A model generated the notes under the pieces. It was not told where the DNA came from. It was given only the letters and a program-made list of their open reading frames with translations, and searched no databases. Position numbers and translations under genes: made by a program. Below are positions 34,599-42,757 of a DNA stretch of 64,000 nt, piece by piece (position 1 is the first letter of the stretch; each line of letters opens with the position of its first letter). Source of the stretch: Thermoleophilia bacterium (lineage in GTDB: Bacteria > Actinomycetota > Thermoleophilia > Gaiellales > JAICJC01); contig JAICJC010000001.1 in assembly GCA_025928655.1 (NCBI GenBank), forward strand, positions 2,898-66,897. Reading direction: 5' to 3'.

Positions 34599-34626
34599 CA
34601 ATTGACGTTCGATCGAATGTCAATTG
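34599..34626. promoter_or_regulatory. 28-bp near-perfect palindrome CAATTGACgTTCGATCGAAtGTCAATTG (candidate operator or attenuator hairpin)
   Basis: 26 of 28 positions are self-complementary, and the two exceptions would be G-U pairs in RNA. It lies 25 bp upstream of the ATG at 34574, in the 100-bp gap after the ImmA-like gene. Confidence 0.5.
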
Positions 34627-34674
34627 CGTGGGGGGTGGTGTGCCGAGGAGACGTCCGCAGACGCCGCCCGATCC

Positions 34675-35235
34675 TTACACGCCGCGCCAGCGGTCGACCT
34701 CGGCCTGGAGGTCGACCGGGAGCGCCTCCAGGTAGCCGAGCGTCACGAGCCGGAACCCCATCGCCACGTCGGAGACGCCGAATGCGGCCGAGAGCGCGAT
34801 CGGGTCGGGGCCGTCGCGGTCGGCCGCCTCGCGCACCATCGCCTCGGGCATGAGCAGCTCGGCGGCGAAGCGGTTGGCCTCGCGCTCGCGGGTGCGCACG
34901 TCGCCCTGAACGGTCTCGACGTCGGAGGGACGGCACAGCACCGCGGCGCCGTCGGAGTGGAGCAGGTGGTGGCCGACCTCGTGCGCGACGGTGAACCGGC
35001 GCCGCGGGGCCGGCTCGTCGCGGCGCACCCAGATCTCCCACCGCGCGGGCAGGAGCACGCCCGAGAGCGGCACCGAAGGCGCCGCCCCGGCGATCGGGCC
35101 CAGGTCGTCGGCCGCCCGCACCCGCAGGCAGCACAGGCTGGCGGCCAGCTCCTCGACGTCCACCGGCGGGACGGAGGCGGCGTACGTCCCGCAGAAGCGG
35201 CCCAGCGCCTCCCGGGCCGCCGTGACCTCATCCAC
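34675..35235 (-). CDS. ImmA/IrrE family metallo-endopeptidase (COG2856)
   Basis: HEVGHHLLH zinc motif plus EREANRFAAELLMP. The GTG start overlaps the upstream gene by 8 bp. Confidence 0.85.
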   Translation of the reverse strand: MDEVTAAREALGRFCGTYAASVPPVDVEELAASLCCLRVRAADDLGPIAGAAPSVPLSGVLLPARWEIWVRRDEPAPRRRFTVAHEVGHHLLHSDGAAVLCRPSDVETVQGDVRTREREANRFAAELLMPEAMVREAADRDGPDPIALSAAFGVSDVAMGFRLVTLGYLEALPVDLQAEVDRWRGV

Positions 35236-35821
35236 CGCCGGTGAAGAGGTCGTCGACCTCGGCGACGCGCGGCGCGGCGTCGGCCGCCTCTGCCGCGGCC
35301 GGGGGCGGCGCTCCGGCCGGCGCCGCGCGCAGGAACGCCGAGGCGGCCGTCATCCCCACCTGCGGCGGGGCGATCCGCCGTCCCATCTCGAGCAGGCCCT
35401 CGGGCACCTCCAGGATCCGGGCCAGGGCCGCCACCACCGGCGGGCGCACCCGCGCCGGCGCCAGCTGCCCGGTCTCGAGCGCGTGCACGTGCTCCTCGAC
35501 CTGCGCCCGCGCCTCGGGGAACCCGAGCATCTCGGCCAGGCGGGCGACGAGCGCCCCGCGGGTGGTGCCCGTCCGCGCGCGCAGGGCCGGGAGCACCTCG
35601 GCCCAGGCCTGCGGCGGGTCGCTGCTCGGGTGGGCGGCGCGGGCCATGACCTGCCCCTCGGTGACGTCCGTCCGCGGGTTGGCGGCCAGGTAGGCGGCGA
35701 GCATGGCGGCGAGCGCTTCGCGCTCGGCCGCGTCGGCGGCGGCGACCGCGGCCGCCGGGTCGGGTCGCTCGCCCCGCTCCCAGGCGGCGACGAAGGCGTC
35801 GAAGGCGCGCTCGGCGCTCAT
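35228..35821 (-). CDS. XRE-like helix-turn-helix protein (partner of the ImmA/IrrE protease)
   Basis: The internal ATG (residue 42 of track ORF 35228..35944) overlaps the sigma-factor stop (ATGA). The HTH-like segment reads TRGALVARLAEMLGFPEARAQVEEHVHALETGQL...VVAALARIL. Confidence 0.65.
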   Translation of the reverse strand: MSAERAFDAFVAAWERGERPDPAAAVAAADAAEREALAAMLAAYLAANPRTDVTEGQVMARAAHPSSDPPQAWAEVLPALRARTGTTRGALVARLAEMLGFPEARAQVEEHVHALETGQLAPARVRPPVVAALARILEVPEGLLEMGRRIAPPQVGMTAASAFLRAAPAGAPPPAAAEAADAAPRVAEVDDLFTGGG

Positions 35822-36405
35822 CCCCGAAGCTCCTTGCCCATCCGTTCCATCGCGCGGAAGAAGATCACATCGACGTTGCGGCGGCTGATGTCGAGCCACC
35901 CCGCGATCTCGGCGCCGCTCATACCGCCCCACAGCCGCCCCCACACGACCGAGCGCTGGCGCTCGTTGAGCACGGACAGGAGCTGCTCGACCACCTCACG
36001 GGAGGCGATCTCGTTGTACCCGTCCTCGTCGACCGGCACCTCCGCCAGGTCGTCGAGCGGGGCGTCGGCGGGCTTTCGACCGTCGTGGAACGATGCGACC
36101 ACCCGCCGCGCCATGACGACGAGCAGCCCCGACGGCGACTCGATCCGGCCCGCGCCCAGGTAGACGGCCCGCACGAACCGCACGTACACGTCGGACTCGA
36201 GATCGTCGACGACGTCGATTGGCGCCTTGGCCGCGCACACCGACCGCACCAGCATCCGGTGCCGCTCGAACACGAGCGCGACGCACCGCTTGGCCGTCTC
36301 CAGGCCGGCCTCGCCCTCGGCGTAGTACTTGCGCGCATGCGCGACCAGATCCGCGTCTGACTTCTCGCGGAGCGCTGCGAACGACGTCGGGTGCTCGGAA
36401 CCCAC
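35818..36405 (-). CDS. sigma-70 family (ECF-like) RNA polymerase sigma factor
   Basis: 195 aa. The region 2-like segment is DDLESDVYVRFVRAV. The region 4 HTH is ERQRSVVWGRLWGGMSGAEIAGWLDISRRNVDVIFFRAMERM. Confidence 0.8.
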   Translation of the reverse strand: MGSEHPTSFAALREKSDADLVAHARKYYAEGEAGLETAKRCVALVFERHRMLVRSVCAAKAPIDVVDDLESDVYVRFVRAVYLGAGRIESPSGLLVVMARRVVASFHDGRKPADAPLDDLAEVPVDEDGYNEIASREVVEQLLSVLNERQRSVVWGRLWGGMSGAEIAGWLDISRRNVDVIFFRAMERMGKELRG

Positions 36406-36532
36406 CGGTGCAGAATGCTAAGCCACATACGCCAGACGTCGCACACCGGCGTGCGCCGCTTACACCCGATGACTTTCCGACGAGGTGCGAGTCTCTCCAC
36501 CACGCACACGAAAAACCCACAGGAGAGTCGCA

Positions 36533-37123
36533 ATGGGAAAGATCGTTGTCACGGAGTTCGTCTCGCTCGACGGCGTCATGGAGGATCCGGGCGGGGCCGA
36601 GGGCACGCCCGCGGGCGGCTGGGCGTTTCGGTTCGAGCGCGGCAGCGACGGCGACACGTACAAGCTTGAGGAGCTGATGGACGCCGAGGCGATGCTGCTC
36701 GGCCGCGTCACCTACGAGGGCTTCGCCAGGGCATGGCCGACGATCGAGGACGAGCAGGGCTTCGCCGCCAGGATGAACAGCATGCCCAAGTACGTCGTCT
36801 CGTCGTCGATCGAGGACGCGGGCTGGGAGAACTCGACCGTCCTGCGCGGCGACCCGGTCGCAGAGGTGACGGCGCTGCGCCGGAAGATCGACGGGAACAT
36901 CCTCGTCGCCGGGAGCACCTCGCTCGTGCACGCGCTGCACGACGCCGGCCTGGTGGACGAGTATCGCCTGATGATCTACCCGGTCGTGCTCGGGAGCGGC
37001 AAGCGCCTCTTCCGCGACGGGGCGGCTCCGGCGGGCTACGAGGCCGTCGAGGTGCGCCCGGCCGGCGCCGTGGCCGTGATGACCCTGCGGCCGCTCCCCG
37101 CGGGCGGCGCCGCCGCGGCATGA
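36533..37123 (+). CDS. dihydrofolate reductase family protein (RibD C-terminal domain type)
   Basis: MGKIVVTEFVSLDGVMEDP...LLGRVTYEGFA...ILVAGSTSLVHAL...DEYRLMIYPVVLGSGKRLF. SD AGGAGA lies upstream. Confidence 0.85.
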   Translation: MGKIVVTEFVSLDGVMEDPGGAEGTPAGGWAFRFERGSDGDTYKLEELMDAEAMLLGRVTYEGFARAWPTIEDEQGFAARMNSMPKYVVSSSIEDAGWENSTVLRGDPVAEVTALRRKIDGNILVAGSTSLVHALHDAGLVDEYRLMIYPVVLGSGKRLFRDGAAPAGYEAVEVRPAGAVAVMTLRPLPAGGAAAA

Positions 37124-37551
37124 GGCCCGTCCCGCCGGCCCGGCACCTCCTGCGTGCCAAGGACCTGATCGACGCCCGCTACCGCGAGCGCCTCGACGTG
37201 GAGGCGCTCGCGCGGGCGTCCCACCTCTCGCCGGCCCATTTCAGCCGCGAGTTCCGGCGCGCCTTCGGCGAGGCCCCGCACGGGTACCTGCTCACCCGCC
37301 GCCTCGAGCGGGCGGCGGCGCTCCTGCGCCACACCGACCACTCGGTGGCCGAGATCTGCATGGCGGTCGGCCTGCGCAGCGTCGGCTCGTTCACGACCAG
37401 CTTCGGCCGCGCCTACGGCCTCTCGCCGACCGCCTACCGCGCGGCCTACCCGCCCGCCGACCGCGTGCCCGTCCCCGGCTGCCTGGCCCAGGCGTGGGCG
37501 CGGCGGCCGTCCAGCACGTTTCGAGAAGACACCGCGCTCGCCGCTCACTAG
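37120..37551 (+). CDS. AraC family transcriptional regulator (HTH domain only)
   Basis: ATG at 37120 overlaps the upstream stop (ATGA). Sequence LSPAHFSREFRRAFGEAPHGYLLTRRLERAAALL...SVAEICMAVGLRSVGSFTTSF. Confidence 0.85.
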   Translation: MRPVPPARHLLRAKDLIDARYRERLDVEALARASHLSPAHFSREFRRAFGEAPHGYLLTRRLERAAALLRHTDHSVAEICMAVGLRSVGSFTTSFGRAYGLSPTAYRAAYPPADRVPVPGCLAQAWARRPSSTFREDTALAAH

Positions 37552-37584
37552 CGTGGAGTCAATCGATCCCCAGGGAGGGAACCC

Positions 37585-38010
37585 ATGCTGAACAAGCTGA
37601 CCAACGTGAACGTCTGGGTGCACGACCAGGAGGAGGCGCTCGCCTTCTACACCGAGAAGCTGGGCATGGAGGTGCGCGCCGACGTCACCGTTCCCGAGCT
37701 GGGCGGCTTCCGCTGGCTCACGGTCGGGCTGCCAGGCCAGGACGACGTCGCCCTCGCGCTCATGACCGTGCCGGGGCCGCCGGTCTTCGACGACGAGACC
37801 CGGGCCGCGCTCGCGACCATCGTCGCCAAGGGCGCCGCCGGCGGGCTGTTCTTCTCGGTCGACGACTGCCACGCCGCCTACGAGGAGCTGCGGCGGCGCG
37901 GCGTCGAGTTCTCGCAGGAGCCGACCCAGCAGCCCTACGGCGTCGACGCCGGGTTCCGCGACCCGTCCGGCAACCAGATGCGGATGGCGACGCTCTCCGA
38001 GCCGGCCTGA
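37585..38010 (+). CDS. VOC (glyoxalase/bleomycin resistance) family protein
   Basis: 141 aa. VWVHDQEEALAFYTEKLGMEV...FRDPSGNQMRM. SD GGGAGGGA lies upstream. Confidence 0.9.
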   Translation: MLNKLTNVNVWVHDQEEALAFYTEKLGMEVRADVTVPELGGFRWLTVGLPGQDDVALALMTVPGPPVFDDETRAALATIVAKGAAGGLFFSVDDCHAAYEELRRRGVEFSQEPTQQPYGVDAGFRDPSGNQMRMATLSEPA

Positions 38011-38019
38011 CGGAGAACC

Positions 38020-38052
38020 GGGGACAGTCCCCGCGCGGCGGGGACTGTCCCC
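38020..38052. terminator. palindromic repeat, family B copy 2 (GGGGACAGTCCCC-gcgcggc-GGGGACTGTCCCC)
   Basis: A 13-bp perfect stem between convergent genes. It is followed by a second palindrome, CCCCACATGTGGGG, at 38049-38062. Confidence 0.65.
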
Positions 38053-38062
38053 ACATGTGGGG

Positions 38063-38719
38063 TCAAATCGCGAGCTCCGCCCGCACGGCGGCGTCCAGCG
38101 CGTCCGGGTCAAACCCGTACGGCCCCTCGCCTCCCTGGTAGGCGACGCGCCCGGCTGCGTCGATCAGGTAGAGGCGGTCGGGCCAGCCGCCATACGCCGA
38201 TGCGGCGGCGTCGTCGGTGTCATCGAGCAGCATCGGGATGGTCGTCTCGAGCTTGAGCTCGAGGGCGCAGGTCGCAGCGACCTCGGCCCGCTCGGACAGC
38301 ATGCGTGGGTCGGCCACCGCGACCCCCGCCGCGCGGTTCTCCTCGAGCACCCAGCCGTCCTCGGGATGCGCCTCGCGGATGTAGACGATCAGGTAGGCGA
38401 CCCGGTCGCCGTAGCGGCGGTGTTGCTCCTCGAGGGCGCCCAACTGGCGCCGGAACGGCGGTCAGGTGTACGACCCGAAGATCAACGCCACCGGCCGGGT
38501 GCCCAGGTGGTCGCCGAGGTCGACGATCTCCGCCGTCACCCGCCGGTGGGCATCCAGCCGCGGCAGCCGGACCGCCGGCGCGGTGTCGCCGACCGCGACC
38601 GTGGGCGTGCCCAGGTTGCGGTAGAGCCCCGACGTCCGGATGTCGGCCAGCCTCAGCGGCGAGTCGGCGGGCGTGGGCGGCTCCCCGGGGGCGCCGTTCG
38701 GGTCCTGCGCACCTCGCAC
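38063..38719 (-). CDS. iodothyronine-deiodinase-like thioredoxin-fold protein with an in-frame TGA at 38462-38464 (candidate selenocysteine)
   Basis: Track ORFs 38462..38719 and 38063..38443 share one frame and are separated only by a TGA plus 6 codons. The joined sequence reads ALIFGSYT-[TGA]-PPFRRQLGALEEQHRRYGDRVAYLIVYIREAHPEDGW. This matches the deiodinase-family FGS.T(U/C)PPF active site. Confidence 0.7.
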
Positions 38720-38869
38720 GGCGGCACCGTATGCGAGCTCGCTCGGTCGCGCAAGGGCCCGCGTTCGCCGGTGCTAGGATGGCCGGTGTTTTGTTGCCGG
38801 GGGGCTGAACGGCGGGCCGAAAGGCCGCTCGGGACGGGTCGTGTGGGGGGCCGGCGGAGGGGAGGGCCG

Positions 38870-40096
38870 TTGGCGACAGTGAGCTTCGAAAACGTCGCGA
38901 AGGTGTACCCGGATGGGACGCGCGCGGTGTCGGGTATGAACCTCACGATCGACGATCGCGAGTTCATGGTGTTCGTCGGGCCGTCCGGGTGCGGGAAGAC
39001 GACGGCCCTGCGCATGGTCGCCGGGCTCGAGTCGATCTCGGAAGGCGTGGTGCGGATCGGCGATCGCCCGGTCAACCACGTCCCGTCGCGCGACCGCGAC
39101 ATCGCCATGGTGTTCCAGAGCTACGCCCTCTACCCGCACCTCTCGGTCTACGAGAACATCGCCTTCGGGCTGCGGGTGCGGAAGATGTCCAAACAGGAGA
39201 TCGACCAGCGCGTGCAAAATGCCGCGTCGATCCTCGGCCTGGAGGGGTTCCTCGACCGCAAGCCCCGCGCCCTCTCGGGCGGCCAGCGGCAGCGCGTTGC
39301 GATGGGCAGGGCGATCGTGCGGGAGCCGGCGGCGTTCCTGATGGACGAGCCGCTGTCGAATCTCGACGCCAAGCTGCGGGTGCAGATGCGAGCCGAGATC
39401 GGCGGCCTCCAGCACGACCTGGGCGTCACCACGATCTACGTCACCCACGATCAGGTGGAGGCCATGACGATGGGCGACCGTGTGGCGGTGATGCGCAAGG
39501 GCGAGGTGCAGCAGGTCGCGCCTCCCCAGGAGCTCTACGACAACCCCGTCAACCTGTTCGTGGCCGGGTTCATCGGCAGCCCGGCGATGAACATGTTCGA
39601 GGGTGTGATCCGCGCCGACAACGGCAGCCTCGCCGTCGAGGCGGGCAGCCAGCGGCTGACCCTCGACGAGAGCCTGGTGGGGGCGCGGCCGGCCCTGCGC
39701 GCGTACGCCGACCGCACCGTCGTCGTCGGTGTCCGGCCCGAGGACATCCAGGACGTCGCCCTCGCGCCCGACACACCCTCCGATCGGCGCCTGCGCGGGA
39801 AGGTGCTCCTCACCGAGGCCCTGGGCTCCGAGATCGTCGTCCACCTCGCCGTCGACACGCCTCCGGCGTCCACCGACGAGGCGCTGGAGCTGGCCTCGGA
39901 GGCCGACGAGGTGCGACGGCCGGCGTTGAACGAGGACGACCAGACCACCACGACCTTCGTCGGCCGTTTCGGCCCCCGATCGCGCGTCGCCGTGGGAGAC
40001 CAGATCGAGAGCGCGGTGGACACGCGCTCGCTGCACTTCTTCGATCCCGCCACCGGGCTCGGAATCCATGACCAGACAGAAGGAGCTCGCCCATGA
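38870..40096 (+). CDS. sugar ABC transporter ATP-binding protein (MalK/UgpC/MsiK type)
   Basis: The TTG start gives MATVSFENVAKVY after SD GGAGGGGAGGG. Walker A GPSGCGKTT, LSGGQRQR, Walker B FLMDEPLSNLDA. A C-terminal TOBE-like domain is present. Confidence 0.9.
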   Translation: MATVSFENVAKVYPDGTRAVSGMNLTIDDREFMVFVGPSGCGKTTALRMVAGLESISEGVVRIGDRPVNHVPSRDRDIAMVFQSYALYPHLSVYENIAFGLRVRKMSKQEIDQRVQNAASILGLEGFLDRKPRALSGGQRQRVAMGRAIVREPAAFLMDEPLSNLDAKLRVQMRAEIGGLQHDLGVTTIYVTHDQVEAMTMGDRVAVMRKGEVQQVAPPQELYDNPVNLFVAGFIGSPAMNMFEGVIRADNGSLAVEAGSQRLTLDESLVGARPALRAYADRTVVVGVRPEDIQDVALAPDTPSDRRLRGKVLLTEALGSEIVVHLAVDTPPASTDEALELASEADEVRRPALNEDDQTTTTFVGRFGPRSRVAVGDQIESAVDTRSLHFFDPATGLGIHDQTEGARP

Positions 40097-41415
40097 GCCT
40101 TCGGCATCGAACCCTTGCGTGTGTCCTGGCCGCCGGCGCGGTCTCCCTGGCCGCGGGCTGCGGCGGGAGCTCCGGCGGCTCGTCCAGCGGTGGAGCGGGC
40201 GGCTCGACCAGCTCGGTCTCCGGCTCCGTCTCCTTCGTCGGCATCTGGTCGGGCCCGGAGCAGAAGTCGTTCCAGACCGTGATCGACGCCTTCAACAAGC
40301 AGTATCCGAAGGTGCACGTCAAGTACACGTCCGCAGGCAACAACATCACGACCGTGCTCTCCACCGCCGTCCAGGGCGGGAATCCGCCCGACCTCGCCGA
40401 CATCGCCCAGCCCGGGTTCGTGACGCAGCTCCAGCAGAAGGGCGCCCTCAAGCCGATCGAGTTCGCACGCAGCGCGATCCAGCAGAACTTCGGCACCGGC
40501 GGGACGCAGCTCGGCGAGATCAACGGGAAGCTGTACGGGCTCCTGTTCAAGGCGTCCAACAAGTCGACCGTCTGGTACAACGTCGCGGCGTTCAAGAACG
40601 CCGGCGTCACGCCCCCGACGACATGGCCGGACTTCCTCAACGACGCGAAGACCCTCAAGGCGTCGGGGACGCCCGCCTACTCGATCGGCGGCTCCGAGGG
40701 CTGGACGCTGACCGACCTGTTCGAGAACATCTATCTGCGGCAGGCCGGCCCGGACAAGTACGACCAGCTGTCGAAGCACGAGATCAAGTGGACCGACCCG
40801 TCGGTGATCGCGGCGCTGAAGACGATGGCGCAGGTCATCGGCGACACGAGCAACATCTACGGCGGCACGTCCGGCGCCCTTCAGACCGACTTCGCGACGT
40901 CGGTCAACAACGTGCTCGTGCCGTCCGGCAAGACCGCGAAGGCGGCCATGGTGATCGAGGGCGACTTCGTCCCCGGCACCGCGACGACGGGGGCGAAGCC
41001 CGTCACCGACTACAACGTCTTCGCGTTCCCGTCGATCGACAACTCGCCGCCGGTCACCGAGGTCTCCGGCGACGAGATCGTGATGTTCAAGGACTCGCCG
41101 GCGTCGGAGGCGTTCATCAAGTTCCTGGCGACGCCGCAGGCCGCAGAGGCGTGGGCGAGCCGCGGAGGCTTCGGCACGCTCAACAAGAAGGTGCCCTTGA
41201 GCACGTACTCCGATCCGATCTCGAGGAAGGTCGCCCAGACGCTGGCGACGTCCAAGGTGTCCCGGTTCGACCTCTCGGACCTCCAGCCGGCGGCGTTCGG
41301 CGCGACGGTCGGCCAGGGTGAGTTCAAGATCTTCCAGGACTTCCTCAAGAACCCGAGCAACGTCAACGGGATCGCCCAGGAGCTCGAGAGCTCGGCCGCG
41401 GCCGCATACAAGTGA
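40093..41415 (+). CDS. sugar ABC transporter substrate-binding lipoprotein
   Basis: Lipobox LAAGCGG. 440 aa with a family-1 solute-binding pattern. ATGA overlap with the ATPase gene. Confidence 0.9.
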   Translation: MSLRHRTLACVLAAGAVSLAAGCGGSSGGSSSGGAGGSTSSVSGSVSFVGIWSGPEQKSFQTVIDAFNKQYPKVHVKYTSAGNNITTVLSTAVQGGNPPDLADIAQPGFVTQLQQKGALKPIEFARSAIQQNFGTGGTQLGEINGKLYGLLFKASNKSTVWYNVAAFKNAGVTPPTTWPDFLNDAKTLKASGTPAYSIGGSEGWTLTDLFENIYLRQAGPDKYDQLSKHEIKWTDPSVIAALKTMAQVIGDTSNIYGGTSGALQTDFATSVNNVLVPSGKTAKAAMVIEGDFVPGTATTGAKPVTDYNVFAFPSIDNSPPVTEVSGDEIVMFKDSPASEAFIKFLATPQAAEAWASRGGFGTLNKKVPLSTYSDPISRKVAQTLATSKVSRFDLSDLQPAAFGATVGQGEFKIFQDFLKNPSNVNGIAQELESSAAAAYK

Positions 41416-42755
41416 CCGACGCAGGCATCACGGCGGACGGGCCGCCCGCGCCGACGGCGCCGGGCGGCCCCGGCGTCGTCCAGCGGTACGGGATGGTGGC
41501 CGTGTTCCTGGCCCCGGCCATCGTCGTGCTCGGGGTCTGGATCGTCTACCCCACCGTCTACACGATCGTCCGCAGCCTCTTCGGAGCCTCGGGGTGGGAC
41601 GACTTCGTCGGCGTCCACAACTACCGCACGCTGTTCTCCGACAGCAACCTGCGCACGGCGATCAAGAACAACGCGATCTGGGTCGCGGTCATCCCGGCCC
41701 TCGTCACGTCGATCGGGCTCGTGTTCGCGGTCCTGATCGAACGCATCCGGTGGTCGGTGGCATTTCGCCTGGCCGTGTTCATGCCCATGGCGATCTCGCT
41801 GTTCGCCGCCGGCGTGATCTGGCGCATCCAGTATCAGCAGGACCCGAGCCTGGGGGCGATCAACGCCGCGGTCGCCTCGGTCAAGAACGCCGTGAGCCCG
41901 CCCGGAGTGCTGTCGACGGCATCGCCGTCCACCAAGGCGCTCTCGGGCAGCCCGCAGAAGGACGGCCTGCAGCTCCGCTCGCCGGTGCGGAAGGGCAGCG
42001 TCGCCCTGCTCGGCGTGACGGCCATCAACATCACGGAGATCCCGAAGACGTCGAAGCAGGCCGTCAAGCCCCAGCCGGACCCGAGCGGCATCACGGGCGT
42101 GGTCTGGCGCGACTTCAAGCCGGGCGGCGGCAAGCCGGGCGTCCTGGAGCACGGCGAGGCCGGGCTCCCCGGCGTGACCGTCGAGCTGCGCGACTCCTCC
42201 GGCCACTCCGTGGCGACCGCCAAGACGGGCGACGACGGCGACTTCGTGTTCCCGAGCGTCGCCTCGGGCAGCTACCACGTCGCCATCGGCGCGTCGACGT
42301 TCGCGAAGCCCTACGGCGGCGTCGGCTGGCTCACCTCCAAGCTGATCACGCCGGCGATCATGATCGCCTACCTGTGGGTGTGGGCGGGCTTTGCGATGGT
42401 GGTGATCGCCGCCGGCCTCGCCGCCATCCCGCGCGACGTCCTGGAGGCCGCCCGCACGGACGGCGGGAGCGAATGGCAGGTGTTCCGGCGGGTCACGGTC
42501 CCGCTGCTCGCGCCGGTGCTCTCGGTGGTGTTCATCACGATGATCATCAACGTCCTCAAGGTCTTCGACGTCGTCCTGGCCGTCGCCCCCGAGTCGGTGC
42601 AGCCGGACGCGAACGTGATCGCGCTCGCGATGTGGCGGACGTCCTTCGGCGGCGTGAACGACTTCGGCCTCGGGTCGGCGATCGCCGTGCTCCTGTTCGT
42701 GCTCGTCGTACCCGTCCTGCTCCTGAACGTGCGCCGATTCCGTAGGGAGGTGTGA
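41412..42755 (+). CDS. sugar ABC transporter permease (MalF-like) with a large inserted extracytoplasmic loop
   Basis: 447 aa. The EAA-type loop is AAGLAAIPRDVLEAARTDGGSEWQVFRRVTVP. A roughly 170-aa insertion between TM3 and TM4 contains an Ig-like module. Confidence 0.85.
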   Translation: MTDAGITADGPPAPTAPGGPGVVQRYGMVAVFLAPAIVVLGVWIVYPTVYTIVRSLFGASGWDDFVGVHNYRTLFSDSNLRTAIKNNAIWVAVIPALVTSIGLVFAVLIERIRWSVAFRLAVFMPMAISLFAAGVIWRIQYQQDPSLGAINAAVASVKNAVSPPGVLSTASPSTKALSGSPQKDGLQLRSPVRKGSVALLGVTAINITEIPKTSKQAVKPQPDPSGITGVVWRDFKPGGGKPGVLEHGEAGLPGVTVELRDSSGHSVATAKTGDDGDFVFPSVASGSYHVAIGASTFAKPYGGVGWLTSKLITPAIMIAYLWVWAGFAMVVIAAGLAAIPRDVLEAARTDGGSEWQVFRRVTVPLLAPVLSVVFITMIINVLKVFDVVLAVAPESVQPDANVIALAMWRTSFGGVNDFGLGSAIAVLLFVLVVPVLLLNVRRFRREV

Positions 42756-42757
42756 GG

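Noticed and set aside
35931-35944. Apparent extra C in a C-run that would frameshift the sigma-factor gene.
   Set aside because: My by-eye count of six C disagreed with the ORF track, which translates both overlapping ORFs consistently with five. I attribute this to my own counting error and deferred to the track. Hand-derived coordinates may be off by 1 nt in places.
25520-36405. The sigma-to-S1 block considered as a prophage, ICE or transposon.
   Set aside because: I could find no integrase, transposase, terminal inverted or direct repeats, tRNA target or phage structural genes. Only the truncated amidase hints at a rearrangement, so no mobile element is called.
38720-38869. Small GNRA-type hairpin (GCGGGCC-GAAA-GGCCGC) and a TAGGAT box in the 150-bp divergent region, considered as a riboswitch or promoter.
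   Set aside because: The structure is too small and has no recognisable riboswitch consensus. The -35 partner for TAGGAT is weak, so the evidence is insufficient.
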